Position numbers and translations under genes: made by a program | The notes under the pieces: generated by a model | Told to the model about the DNA's origin: nothing | Databases searched by the model: none | Seen by the model: only the letters and a program-made list of their open reading frames with translations | In this document: positions 30,619-44,282 of the stretch, piece after piece | Numbering within the stretch: position 1 is the stretch's first letter | How the letters are laid out: each line of letters starts with the position of its first letter | Assembly (NCBI GenBank): GCA_012295275.1 | Contig: CM022671.1 | Coordinates: forward strand, 5,394,001-5,458,000 | Direction: 5' to 3' | Origin: Chrysomallon squamiferum | Lineage: Eukaryota > Animalia > Mollusca | Length of the DNA stretch: 64,000 bases

Positions 30619-31897
30619 CTGACTTTGTCTAACATTTTGTAAACTGCTTTTTGACTTGGTCACTGTAACCACCAAAGAACCTCATACATACATACATTAA
30701 CTCATTTAAAACAAAAAAATCATTTTAAACTTCAGTTTCTCAATTTATAGTCTGGAAAACGTTTCTTTTCAGTCATATTTCATCAGACATAATTACGACT
30801 GCATTTTAAAACCGGTTTTTGTCAGTGAGTGGTAATCATCAGTTATTTCTGTGATTTAAAAACAGATTGCCAGGTTTGGTGCAGAAACAGAAGAAAAATT
30901 ATATTTAATTTACCAAGTTAGCTTCTGTACTGAAAGACACAGAGCAGAATTTGGGGTTTTTTTTTTCTGATTAAAAACTCCATGTTACTTTTTATGCAAC
31001 AAAATAATTCATGGCCACCATGATACAATCTCAGTTTAATAAGGTGAGGTAGAAAATGAAAGAGCAGAAAAATGTTCTTTAAATGAAACAACAAACATCT
31101 GTAAAGTCGTACAGAGAGTAGTATGTGTTACTTCTTTACGATCAGAAGCTGCATGTTAATTTTTACACATCAAAGGAATCCATGGGCGCTTTGATACAAA
31201 CTTTGATACAAACTTTAAAAAGTAGTTTGAACTGTAGATAGGATAAATAATGATATAAAAAAAAATGTTATAAAATTTACGGTAGTTGTTAATTTTTCAT
31301 TAATATTACGTTTTAGCATTATTGATGCTGTCTTTGTCCAAATTTTCATGCAACTGTACAAAATTAAAAAGCTATATTTTGGAATTAACATTAATAAAAG
31401 TACTTCAGATTTATTGATAGTATCTTCCTGAAAATACTTTTGTATTCATTGACATAGCATTACATGGAATTTTGTTAATATCAGTTATGACATTTAAAAA
31501 TGTTAAAGTAAGTATTCTTATGCTTAAAAATGTTTTTATTTTTCCATTCCTATTTCTAATTTTCCAATATATATATATTTTAAATTAAATTTGTTGATGA
31601 TTTTTAACTGAAATGTTTCAAAATTATTACTATTTTCTTCTAACATTTTTATACTGCATGACTCAAGCTTTTTCTCCAATTTCGTTAACAAAATATCATG
31701 TTTTAGATTACATGTACTATCTTCCTGAAAATACCTTTCTTTGCATGAACACACTTTTAAAATATTAATTACATTTCGAAATTATTCATGCTATCTTCTT
31801 TTAAACATTCTTGTTCAGGATATATCAAACTTATTCTTCCATTACAATCAATAATGAATGTGAATTACTGATACTACTTTCTAGTAAACAATCTTAC

Positions 31898-31989
31898 ATT
31901 GTACGAGTCAAGCTTCTTCTGAAATTTCTCTTCAATTAGTCTACATTTTTCCTCACATTTGTCAATGAGTTCTTGTACTTTCTGTGGGC
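31898..31989 (-). CDS. Universal stress protein, internal exon ((S)PQKVQELIDKCEEKCRLIEEKFQKKLDSYN)
   Basis: 92 nt with acceptor (T)nGCAG and donor AAT|GTAAGA. Phase 1 in, phase 0 out, in frame with both neighbours. Charged amphipathic sequence as expected for the long central USP helix. Confidence 0.92.
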
Positions 31990-33142
31990 CTGCAAAAAAA
32001 AAAAAAGTATTCAGTACAAACAGTTATTTTATTTATTCTTCAATGTAGAAGCTGTTGATAGAAAAAATGATGAAAAAGAACTGAGAAAGAGATAGAAATT
32101 GACAAATACAGACGAGAGAGAGAGAGAGAACTGTGTATATTAAATAAATGAAAATATATTTTTTTTTTATAAATTTAAAACAGAAAGCTAAATAATATTA
32201 ACACAAAATTGGTTATATGTGACAATGACATCAAAACCCCCAAAACAAGCAACAAATCTAAAACAGTGACAAATCAGTCATTAAATAATGAAAAAATAAG
32301 CACATTATATAGAGTTATAAATGTTTTAAACTGAATACGTGTGTTTTTTTTAATCCTCATAATGTGATTGAGTCATCAAGTAACTGCCTATGGATAACAA
32401 ACAGTACTTGTGTTAGCAGGAGCATGCACATCATTCATCTCACTGACATTTGTGTGGGATTTAGTCCAGCAGAGATTGATTTGTCTCAGCAGCAACTGAT
32501 GTCTGTAATTTCATTAAACAAGTATTGATATCACTGGTTGTCAGACAAGCCATTGTTATGTGTACAATTAGCAACAATAGAAATACTTATATTATTACAT
32601 TGATGTGGGTATTTATTAATAAAATAATGATAAATGATAAAATGATGTAGAATTGTTGAATATTGTACATAACAAATCCATTGTGGTTAATAATAATATA
32701 TATATATATTATTATTGATTTATCTGAGGTTATTACTGTAGACAGGAAAATAGATACCATTGCTTTGGAAGAGAACACAGAATAACAAAGAGTTCAGAAT
32801 AATGCCCTGAGGTGCATTGAAATTTGAGACTGAAACTCTTAAGTCTCTCTCTCTCTCTCTCTTTTTCAACTTTCATTCACTCTCTCTTCTTTTATTCATT
32901 GTTTCTTTTCTTTCATTCACTCTCTTCTTTCTATTACTCTCTCTTCAATAATTCTCTATCTCTATATCTCTCTTCTTTCATATTTCACATCTTTCTATCA
33001 CTCTCTACCTGTCTCTCTCTCTCTCTCTCTCTCTGAATCTTTATTCAATCTCTCTCAGACTCTCTTTATTCAATCTCTCTCTCTCTCTGTCTCTTTCATT
33101 CACTCTCTCTTCTTTGTATTACTCTCTCTCACTCTCCTTTTA

Positions 33143-33207
<65 letters not shown>

Positions 33208-34351
33208 ATACATTCCTATCCTAAAGAGTCAGAAAGAGGAGTAATAAACAAACCAATTTTTGCAACCATTCTCTGCTTCAGCTCTCCAGACCCAGCAAAC
33301 ACAGTAATCTGTATACTTTAGCAATCATTTTCTGTCTGTTTACCAGCAAGTAAAACACATTTTATTTCCTCTCTGCCCTGAAGCCCTTTCACTTCTGTAA
33401 ACTTTATGTTTGTCTGTTGGTCATCTGAACTAATAATGCTTCTCTGGTTTCAGAAGAAACCTTTCAGTTTCTTGTATGATGGAGTCACATTAAAATAGCC
33501 AGTAATTTGATTGTATGTTAGCATATGTAGGGTTTTGTGTGTATTTTGTTGTTGTTGTTGTTGTTGTTTTTGTAAAAAGATATATGGTTATTAGATTGCA
33601 CCAAAATGTCAGTGGGGAGATGTAACAAGACTGGGTACCTATATAGAATGTGGATGGTCTGTGAAATAAGTGTGATAAATATATGTTTAATTTTTGTATA
33701 GACAAGTTAGTCTGAGGTTAAACTAGATTCAGACCTCAGTCAGCAGATTACTGTTATTATTGAACGACGTTAAACAGAACTGTTTGTATGACTGATGTTC
33801 TAAATAGTCTTGAATAGATTTTCTTCTAACCTTTCAAACATTCATTTTTTAATATTTAATTTTTAAAATTTGTAATTATTATTATTATTTTTTTTTTGGA
33901 TCATTGCAAAAAATTAATACAAAATTACACTGGCCATTATAAACATATGAATAGTGCTAAGATAATGTATTTATTTAAAATTTAAATTAAATTGAAAAAT
34001 GTAAAAATGCTTTAAATAAATGGTAGTCAGAGACAAGATAATTTAGATTTGTAAAGAAATAATCAATTAAAGTTGAAGTGAGCTCTTCCTTCCTTTGGTT
34101 TTACTCTTCAAGAATTTCTTACAAAAACACTCACACTCTACAAACACTACTCCTGTGTTTACTGACAACGTTTTCGCTATCCTTAAATCAATATAAGAAT
34201 CTGTTTATGACATTAAAATTTGATCAGTAACATTGGAAACAAAGATAAGAGCTGATTGAAAAATCTTTTCTGACATTCCTATTACACTGTGTCATTGTAA
34301 CATCAGCTGTTAATGTTTACTGCTTGCAACGTTGTTTTTGAAACTACAAGA

Positions 34352-34712
34352 GAGCATGGGAGGACTGCCACTTTTGTGTAGTAAAACTCGTGTTATTTAA
34401 CATATTGATTCAAATGAGAGGTCTGCCACTTATCTAAAGAGACATGGATGTCAGTTAACATTCTGATACCAGTGTCAGGCCTGACATTTATGTAAAGTAA
34501 CATGTATGTCATTTAACTTATTGATTCAACATGAGAGGACTGCCACTACTGTAGAGTAAAACTGACATTTAACATAAAATCAGAGGACAGACACTTCTGT
34601 AGAATAACATGGACATTATTAAGGTATTGATACATATAAGAGGACTGCCGCTTCTGTAGAAAAATATGTATGTCATTTAACATATTGATACATATGAGAG
34701 GACCACTGCTTC
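34352..34712. repeat. ~55-60-bp degenerate tandem repeat
   Basis: GAGAGGACTGCCACTT...GTAGA...CATTTAACATATTGAT recurs about 6-7 times. Confidence 0.85.
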
Positions 34713-36373
34713 ATCATCATTATCATAGTAATCAGACTAACAGTAACAGGTTAAGTTTTAAAATTCATTTAACAGATGTCTGCTAGAAATGTCAAAATTC
34801 CAAAGAAACTGCTTCATATTTCTGAACGGCTCTCTATCACTAACTTCAGTTTCTTCAGGTCTTTGTAGATGCTTGAGACACTTATTTTATTATCAGTTTA
34901 AAAAACTAAATCCTAGATGAATGAGATGGACAGATGTTCAAACTGAGACTTCCTTTTAACATCCATATAACATCCAGTCTGATGATCAATCCACTTTGAA
35001 GTAATACAATCTGTAGAATATCTGGTGAAAGTACTTGTGTCTGTAACACAGTTACTGCTGGCTTAGGAAATCACTTAGTTCAGCATCAGTTTAGAAGCTT
35101 AACTGAAATCTTGTTAAAGATCGGTTGACACAAGAATGTTGTATAAGAGTAAACTCAGGGCAAAAGACAATATAGGTGGAGGAATAGGAATAAAAAATCT
35201 AATACTAGGATGGGTTTGAGGTGGCATCTCTCATCAATATTTAATGGCAATAAAAAGAAATCATCTTCATTTCAGTGATATTTTTTCTAGATGTTTCTAC
35301 ATGTATGTACTACATCAGAAGACTGAACAGTTTTGAATTATTCTTATTTTTGATATTAACACATTTTAATGAACCACTGGCAGTTGGCATTACCCAACAC
35401 CCTCTTATAAAAACCCTGGATCTGCTTCTGAATCAGTCCATCTGTTTGTCTGTTATGTGTACATGTACATCTTATCCATTTTAAAAACTAGTTGTTCTTT
35501 TTGAATTATTTAACATAACACAATAATACCACGATTCTTAAAATGAATTAAAATATTCTTCTTCTAACAAATAACACTCCTTCATTCCCATTAGCAACAC
35601 CCCTCTAGAACTTCTCCTGCTATTATTAAATTAAAGCAACAATGCACTGTTCACTGCTAGGAATAAACTGGTACTGGGAATCTGCGTGCAGTTTGAGAAA
35701 CAGATGAATCAATTGAAAAGGGAGATAATTCACTTTTCTAAAGACTCTCGCAGTTTGAAGGTAAAGACTTTGTTATTAGATTTATGTGTTGATGTAGAAG
35801 TAAGAATCCACTGTTACAGTGGGTGACTTGCTTGTGTTAAAATCAGTTTATAAAATAGAACACCTTTTTATTATAAACACACACATACACACACACACAC
35901 ATACAGAGGCACACACACACATATATATATATATATATACATACACACACACATACATAATTATCTGTAAATGTTTGAATATATATGTGTGTGTGTGTAT
36001 AAGAAATATATCAAATTAGCACAACAAACTAAAAAATTATACAGTATTGTAAAAATCAATAATGTACTTATTGATGTGTCCAATTGCCAAAATTAAATAA
36101 AAACATTCAAAAGACAACTTAAAAAAATATTTGTGTTTTGTTATTTGTTAATGTCAGTAAGATCACTGTGACTCTAGTGTTGTTGACTGTTAGATATTTA
36201 AACTTCTCTTTTATATAATGAGTCATAAAATAGCTGACTGTCCAAAAATATCATTTCAACTGGTGGAGGAATACATAAATAAATAAATAAATAAATAAAG
36301 ACAGAAAGAAAGAAAGAAAGAAAAGAAAATTGATACTGAGAGTAAAATAAATATCTGGATAGAGAGAGAGCAT

Positions 36374-36409
<36 letters not shown>

Positions 36410-38428
36410 AAGTGACAGAAACAGAGTAGAATTAAAAACAAATTTGAATATTTGATTCAAGAAAGAGAAGAACTTAAAATAAATCAGAACACCTGATTTT
36501 ATTTTAATCATAATGTTGATGATGTTGATGATATTGATGATGATGATTAAAAACCCTCAAAATATTACAAAAAGAAAATCACTTCAAAACTATTAGCTAA
36601 GAAATGTGACAAAAAAAACAAGCATGGAATCATCACTGGTGCTGAGAGACAAAACACCGTGTAATGTCCTCAACAAATACAATTACTTCATTACATTTCT
36701 TGTCTCCTGGGACTTTATTGGTGAGAATCCTGTGTCAGGCCAGATCAGAGTTGTTCTGTCAATACTCAGTTAATAATCCCCAGTCGAAGGTCAACAACTG
36801 AAACGTGATAACGTTTACTCTGATTCTCCAGAGAGACAGACAGAGAGTCAGAGAGAGAGAGAGAGATAGAGATGATTCCTTGGTTACAGAACATGAACCA
36901 GAATTGCTCAAGACCTCATTAAAGCAGCAGGATATCTCGTATATCCTGTGACGTGCTCTAAAGCTTTATTCCTAAATTCAGAAAAAAATATGTCAAATGA
37001 TGTTTACTCTGATTTGTGAGAGACTGACTGAGTGAGTGAAAGGGTGAGAGGGAGGGATAGAAAGAGAAGCAGTTCATTTTGTATTGGACAGAACATTAAT
37101 TGCCCTTGGATTCATTATTTTCTACTTTTAAATTTAAAATTATATTTCACTATTAATCTTTTATTTCTATGTATGTTAATCATTTTGTATTCTGTCTGGC
37201 TTAATATAAACATATTACTACAGTTACTATACATATTTAATGTTATAGTCTATGACAACAATGAAAAGACTGTAACTGATGATGATGAAGATGATGATTA
37301 TATGCAACACTGATGGTGTTGTATTAACAATTCATGTTCAGCTAACAAGTACAAACAATACCCATCCACCTATACGTGTACAAAGAGAGTGAAACCAGAC
37401 CTTCTCCAAACAAAATGAAAAATAAAAACTTTGGTCAATTCACTTTCTTTAAAAAACTTAATAAATCAATAAATCCCTTTTATCCTACATCAACTAAAGC
37501 CATCAGGATGTACTAGGTCCATTACATGTCTAAAAATATCTTTTAACGTTAATGTCTGTTTTGTCTGTCTATTGAACTCTGTGTAAACAGACCCACTTTC
37601 CTTATACTGACTAAATCAGAACTTTTCAAGTCAATACTGAAAGCAGGAAAGCTGTATAGATTTCAGATAGCACAGGATTGAAATTTAATTTGAATCAAAT
37701 AGTGAAGGCAACAGAGTCTATTGTAAGAATGACCAAGCAGAAAAAAAATGTAAGAGATCAATAATAATGACGATAATGATGATGATGGTAACAATAATAA
37801 ATTTTAATGATAGTAATAGTGATAATGTTGATTAAGCAACAACAAAAACATTGATGGTTAGTATTCATCATCATCAACATCTTCATCCATTTCAACATTT
37901 AGACCATCAAATCAAGAAGAGATCATAAATTAAAAAATCCATTATACTTCTGAAATTATCATCATCACCATGTCATCATTATCATCATCATCATCATCAT
38001 CATTACTGTCATCAAGAAATAAAACAACTAGAAATAAAACGTTCTTCACTTTGATATCTGTCCATATTACTCTTGCAGTCTCAGTTCACTTCTTTAGTCT
38101 TACAATCAATACAGAACTTGTAATGAATTAAACATAACAGCCTTTCTCACCAGGACTAACAATGTAATGACGACATTCAAAAGAATTGGATATCAAGGTT
38201 GCAACACTTCAGATAAAGTATTTCTATAAATATAATTGTTAGTATTAAAGGAAGACCTTCTTAATTAACTTTATGTATTTACAATGCCTGTTGAGTGTGG
38301 GTCAGGTGGTTGGGACAATGTTCATTGAATCAAGACTTGATGAAGATTATTGTTTGTGGAGTCTGTTCTTGAATGTAATTGGAAAAGGTGAGTGTGCATG
38401 TGTATCTGTGTTTGTGTATGTGTATGTA

Positions 38429-38483
<55 letters not shown>

Positions 38484-38744
38484 GTGGCATTGATATTGTG
38501 TGTGTGTGTATGTGTGTGTGTGGCATTGATATTGTGTGTGTGTGTGTGTGTGTGTGGCATTGAAGTATGTGAATGTAAAGGTATGCATTTGTATTTTATA
38601 ATTAATATAAACAAATATTAAAGGAGAAAATGTAACAAAGCTGGAGTAACTGACAAACAGACAGGTGGTTTTGAAAAGAAAATTAAATAATTAAAGAAAC
38701 ATAGAATATTTATGATATTTTAGTACAGGTTCCTTAGCAGTAAC

Positions 38745-38969
38745 TCTAAAGATGTATTACATGTTGTAACTATGAAGACTTTTGTTATAAATGTAAAGTG
38801 TAAATACTGTAACCTTCCAGAGTTATTACATATTGTAACTGTAAAGATATACTATATGTTTAACTGCGAAAATATTTTATGTTGTAACTGTAAAGAAGTG
38901 TACATACTGTAAGTTTTAGTATTTATTACATGTTATTAGTGCAGTTCAAACTCAAAACCTAACTAGAAA

Positions 38970-39012
<43 letters not shown>

Positions 39013-39466
39013 TATTACATGTTGCAACAGTAAAAACGTATTACGTTGTAACTGTACACACTTATTACTTGTTGTAACCACAAAAATGTATTACATGTTG
39101 TAACTGTAAAGATGTATTGCATGGTGTATATGTAAAAACGTTACATATTTCAACAGTGAAAACGTATTACATGTTGTGACTGCAAAAATGTAAAGACATT
39201 ATATATTCTAACTGTAAAGACTTTATGTTGTAACTGTAAAACACGTATTATATATTGTAACTGTAAAAACGTATTAATGTTGTAACTGTAAAAACGTATT
39301 ACATGTTGTAACTGTAAAGATTTATTGCATGTTGTATCTGTATAAAATGATTACATGTTGTAAATGTAAAAGTTTATTTCGTATAACTGTAAAGAGTTAT
39401 TACCTGCTGTAACTGTAAAGACTGATTACTTCTGAAACTGCAAAGACTTACTAAATAAAGACTTAC
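38745..39466. repeat. ~26-bp minisatellite (consensus ~TTACATGTTGTAACTGTAAAGATGTA) abutting the USP exon donor
   Basis: About 20 or more degenerate tandem units visible directly, interrupted by a (CA)n tract at ~38971-39004. Confidence 0.9.
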
Positions 39467-39550
39467 TCATCATGGTGACATTAGCGAACGCCTCTGGGCA
39501 GTGCACCAGCAGAAGTCTGTTTCCTGACTTGTGGAAATTCTGCATGTACC
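39467..39550 (-). CDS. Universal stress protein, internal exon ((W)YMQNFHKSGNRLLLVHCPEAFANVTMM+A)
   Basis: 84 nt with acceptor TATTTTCAG and donor TGA|GTAAGT, phase 1/1. Encodes the USP 'WY...H...LLLVH' alpha1-beta2 segment. The three exons splice into a continuous 129-aa partial USP. Confidence 0.93.
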
Positions 39551-39598
39551 CTGAAAATAGAACATTTAATAATTTATGTTAATTTGTTGTTGTTTTTT

Positions 39599-39635
<37 letters not shown>

Positions 39636-39732
39636 ATAATTATTAATTAACATGTACACCAAAATTTGTGGAAATTCTGCATGTACCCTGAAAATGGAAC
39701 ATTTAATAATTTATGTTAATTTGTAGTTTTTT

Positions 39733-39772
<40 letters not shown>

Positions 39773-39795
39773 ATTAACTAACATGTACACAAAAC
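39529..39795. repeat. 137-bp tandem duplication spanning the USP exon acceptor
   Basis: 39529-39665 and 39666-~39795 both read TTGTGGAAATTCTGCATGTACCCTGAAAAT(A/G)GAACATTTAATAATTTATGTTAATTTGT...(A)n...CATGTACAC. Confidence 0.95.
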
Positions 39796-39904
39796 TTTTA
39801 CCACCTCACCTTTCTTTTCTTTAACCTTCTCAAGCTCTATCTAATATCATAATATGTTCATTCAGGTAATGAAAAAAGAGATATATTATTTCTGATTAGG
39901 ACCC

Positions 39905-40200
39905 ATTGATCTTTCATATGCACTATTCCACAGACAGGAAAGTACATACCAGTTCATGAGCACTGGCAAGAATGAGAAATAGCTGATGAGTCCCCAAGGA
40001 AGGATAGATCTGACAACCAGTCACTCGTGGAGCAGATAGAAATCTACAATCAGTCATTTGTTTTATTTATTAACGGACTTTTTATGCTTCGTTTTCATGT
40101 CAGGAAAACACACACACATTACACTGTGTGATACACAAGTTATGGAGCAGTAGATAGAACTGGAAAAATTTCAACTCATGCCTTAACGAAGAGGGATCCT
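39905..40200 (-). mobile_element. Two adjacent degenerate SINE fragments, same family
   Basis: GATCTTTCATATGCACTATTCCACAGACAGGAAAGTACATACC at ~39908 and a second, more decayed copy from ~40075. Both share the core seen at 62335-62535. Confidence 0.6.
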
Positions 40201-41912
40201 ATTTCATCTGAATTAATCTTACAAAGTATGTGGCCTTTGCGACATGTTTTATTAATAAAAAACTATAAAGTTGTGAAACGCATTTGTTCATTTCTACTAG
40301 AATCATTAAAAGAAGAAAAAAAATGTTTTTGTTTTAAATTTAGAGCTTTTATGAGCCACAGCTAATTCTCTCATTTGTAACCTAACCATGTTCTAAAACC
40401 AAAACTGCTGACTAAACGAAAAACGTTTTAGTTTTGCTTTGATCTTATCTTGTTTTTTTTGATGGATTCTGTCCTTGTTTTGTTGCAGAAATCAATATAA
40501 TTTAATTTCTGTTGTTTTCCAAGCTGTGTATCATTTCGTATAGTACTCTAAAAATAAAACAAAAGGTTGTTGACGTCTAAAATAAATGACATTAATGTCA
40601 TTTTGACCTTGTTGTTGGCCATTTACGATGAACTCTTATGATTTTCTTTAATGTAGAAATCAACAGAAATTCTATAGCTTTTAAAAGATAAAAAACCGCT
40701 CAAATTGTATACACCTAACAAAAAATGCAACAGACATTTGCAGTGAATTTTTAGTAAACTTCGTCTGAAAAAATAAAGCTTTTATCGTTATAGAAATCAA
40801 ATTAATAATTTCAGAACTCCTAGATGGCAATTTTTTTTTTTTTTTTTTTCGGATGAAATAAAACGACATAAACAATCGTACATATCTCTTCGACATTTCA
40901 GCATTTTCAGTGGATTCAAAGATTTTACGATGCTTGAAAACAATTCATATTAAAAACATTTCAAAGTTCTAAATTCTTTCTGGAGGCTTTCTTAGATTGA
41001 AATTAAGACCAAACAAACTGATATAAAAACCGTTAACATTTGAACATATGCAATGAATTCTAAATGTCTTAAATTTTCAAAAATACCCCAATTAAAATTC
41101 AATATTTTTAAACCCTGAGTTGAAAATAATTTCTAACGGAGCTCTTTGACCGAAACTAAGACATTAATGAAAGACACTGGTGTCATTTTGACATTTGCTT
41201 CAGCACTTACAACAAACTGCACAAACCTTTCAACGACTGACATGACCAACACACATCAGATTAATATATTTCAAACCTTACATCCTGATAATAACTTCTG
41301 ACATGACCAAGTAAGTGAAAATGAAATCTGGATATGTCACGATGACATAATATTTCTGCATTTATAACCGATAATAATAAAAAATAATTTATTGCAGGAA
41401 TAAAAACAAATGAAATGTATTCAAAAACTCGAAAATATTTATTGATGGATCTGAAACAACCAAACTGCGTTTGTAGACTCAACAAACGTTGCCGTAGTGT
41501 GAATATAATACTCAATAGAACATTCATATCGAACACTGAAAACATTTTATGATTCTGAGAATGAACAGAAATAAAACATATAAAAATTGTGTAGATTTTC
41601 CTGACCCCCACCATAGTGTCACTTTGACACTCAAGTTTGAACATTTATATCAAACACTGGAAGTTTTTTTTTTTATGATTCCGAAAAATCAAAAGACATA
41701 AAATTTGTAGATTTTATTGACAACGTGTCTTTCAAATATACTACCACAATGTTGCTTTGACATTTACATCAACAAATAATGTTTTTTAACAGTCTTGTAA
41801 TAATTAATTTCAAAGGCATTGTGACGAAAAAATAGCAAATGATATATCTAACAATAAAAAATAAATAAGTAAATAAATAAAATAACGTAATAATAATAAT
41901 TATAATAAAAAT

Positions 41913-41979
<67 letters not shown>

Positions 41980-42636
41980 ATCCATTTTGCACAAGACACT
42001 GATGGTCAGAAATGATTAGAAATGATCAGTTTTGGATATTAATCTTTTTTTTACAGTTAGAATAAATTTATAATCTCACATTAAAAGCCATAACAAAGAT
42101 TTAATGTTTTAAAAAATAAACAAGTAATAATAATAATAATAATAATAAATATAGATATAAATAAATAAATTAATTAATTAATAAATAAAATATATTAAAT
42201 TAAAAGGTAAATAATAAATTAATACAAATCTCTGAAAACAATGCAATTTATTATAATTATATTTTGCGAAGATGAATGTAACTTAACATTTTTTATTATT
42301 AAATCATAAAAAATAATAATAATAATTTTTAAAAAAATTAAAATTAAAAACAAATTACATCAAAAAAAAAATTCAACTGTGTGACATTTAGCTAGAAAAA
42401 TGATAGCGAAAATAAAATGTGACACCAAAGAAGAAAAAATGTATTAAATGTAAATTTTATCTTAAACAGAAACGGAATGAGCAATAAAATTAATTGAAGA
42501 TGATCTTGTTACAGTAATAATATTATTAGTGTTGTTGATGATGGAGATGGTGACTGTTAATGTTAAATATTTGTAAATAAATAAACATAAACGTAACATT
42601 TCGAGGCGTGTTTGTTAATTTCCTTTGTTTGGACTT

Positions 42637-42675
<39 letters not shown>

Positions 42676-44282
42676 TTTTAATATAATTATTAATTTTTAA
42701 AATTGTCTCTGTACATATGTATGTCTGTGTGTCTGAATGTATAAATGTATTGTGTGACATACACATACATACAGTTTTTTTGTTTCATAGAAGTATATAA
42801 CATATATGATTCAAGTATCCACATCAGCAGTGATGATAGCAACACCATCAGCAGAGATATATTAACACTGTCATCTGCACTGCATCTACCAGATATCATC
42901 ACCAACATCACCATAATCATCACTGTCACACGTGACTTCTATCATCGATATCAGTGTAACCACAATCATCACCATCATAGCCACAACCATAACCATAACA
43001 ATGCTACACGATATTACAACAGCTGCATATCATGACGATCATCATTATTAGAATTACTTAGCATTCCAACTGTCATGTAAATGAAAAAAAATAACATTAG
43101 AAATTAACTTGTCAGGAATTCATACAAAATAAAATAAAATAAAAAGATAATAAAGCCCATTCCTTTGAGAATTTATTTTATTTTATTATTGCTGTTATTA
43201 TTATTATTCATTTGTCAAATCATTTGGCATCAGCTTCATTTTATTATGTTCTGGGTTTTTTTTTTTTTTTTTTGCTCTATTTATTCTTAATCTATTTCAT
43301 GACACTAAATTAATTTTGTCCGTTATTGATTTTGTTTTCTTTCGCCTCTTTCGTCTTCCGAACTTACAAGCATTCATTTTGTTCTGTTGACATTGGTGCG
43401 CGTGCCTGCACCCTCGATCTCGATGAGACTGAAGAAAGCACCGACCAATCGATAAAAGCAACTGCTTCAGGAAAGCGTATCGACGGAGAAGACTGATGGC
43501 AGACGTTAATAAATGCGTCTGTTTGCCAAAAGTGAACAAGAGAAAGAAGAAAATTGTTCAAACAGGACTGAGACAAAACAGATCTTTATCGAAGAAACAT
43601 TAGTCATGTTTTTTGACAGATTCAGAAATTGTTTAGAAGTAGACTGACTGGTCGTCAGGCTTAATTCGGGATTCAGAAAGTTTTATTTGTTTATTTGTTT
43701 TTGTTTTTGTTGGTTTTTTGTTAGTTGTCGGTATTTATTTATTATTATTATTTTTTTTTTCTTCAGAAATGTATCTGGGAGGTTTGCGTTATTCTAGAGA
43801 AAAAAAAATTAATAAATAAAATTAAAAAAAATTATCTGTTCATGTTTTCATTTAACTAAACACGTATTTAAAGATCTTACGTTTTGACTCCATCAAACGT
43901 TTCATTTGTTTATTATTACAATTTTATTTTTTTCTTTCCTTTTTTTTATTTTTATTTTTTTTTTTTCTTTTTCCAGTTCCGATAATGTCAGTTTTGTCAA
44001 CATTTATCTTTTTTAACTCAACATCTGCACTCAATCCTAACACTTTAACGATTATTTTATATTTCTTCAGGCTGTTTGTGTCAAAATCCTATTCGGACCA
44101 TGTTGCCCCAACCTAATAAAAACCAGTCGAAGAAATCTCCCTGTCTGAAGATTCTTACTTTTATTTCTCTCAATGAAACAATTAGTATTCAAGCGCAATC
44201 ACAATAAAAAGAAGTAAATTCTAGCAAGGCATGAATAGCCAGCTAATAATGAGTTTTTCTTACTCGCAGACTTTCACGAGTT

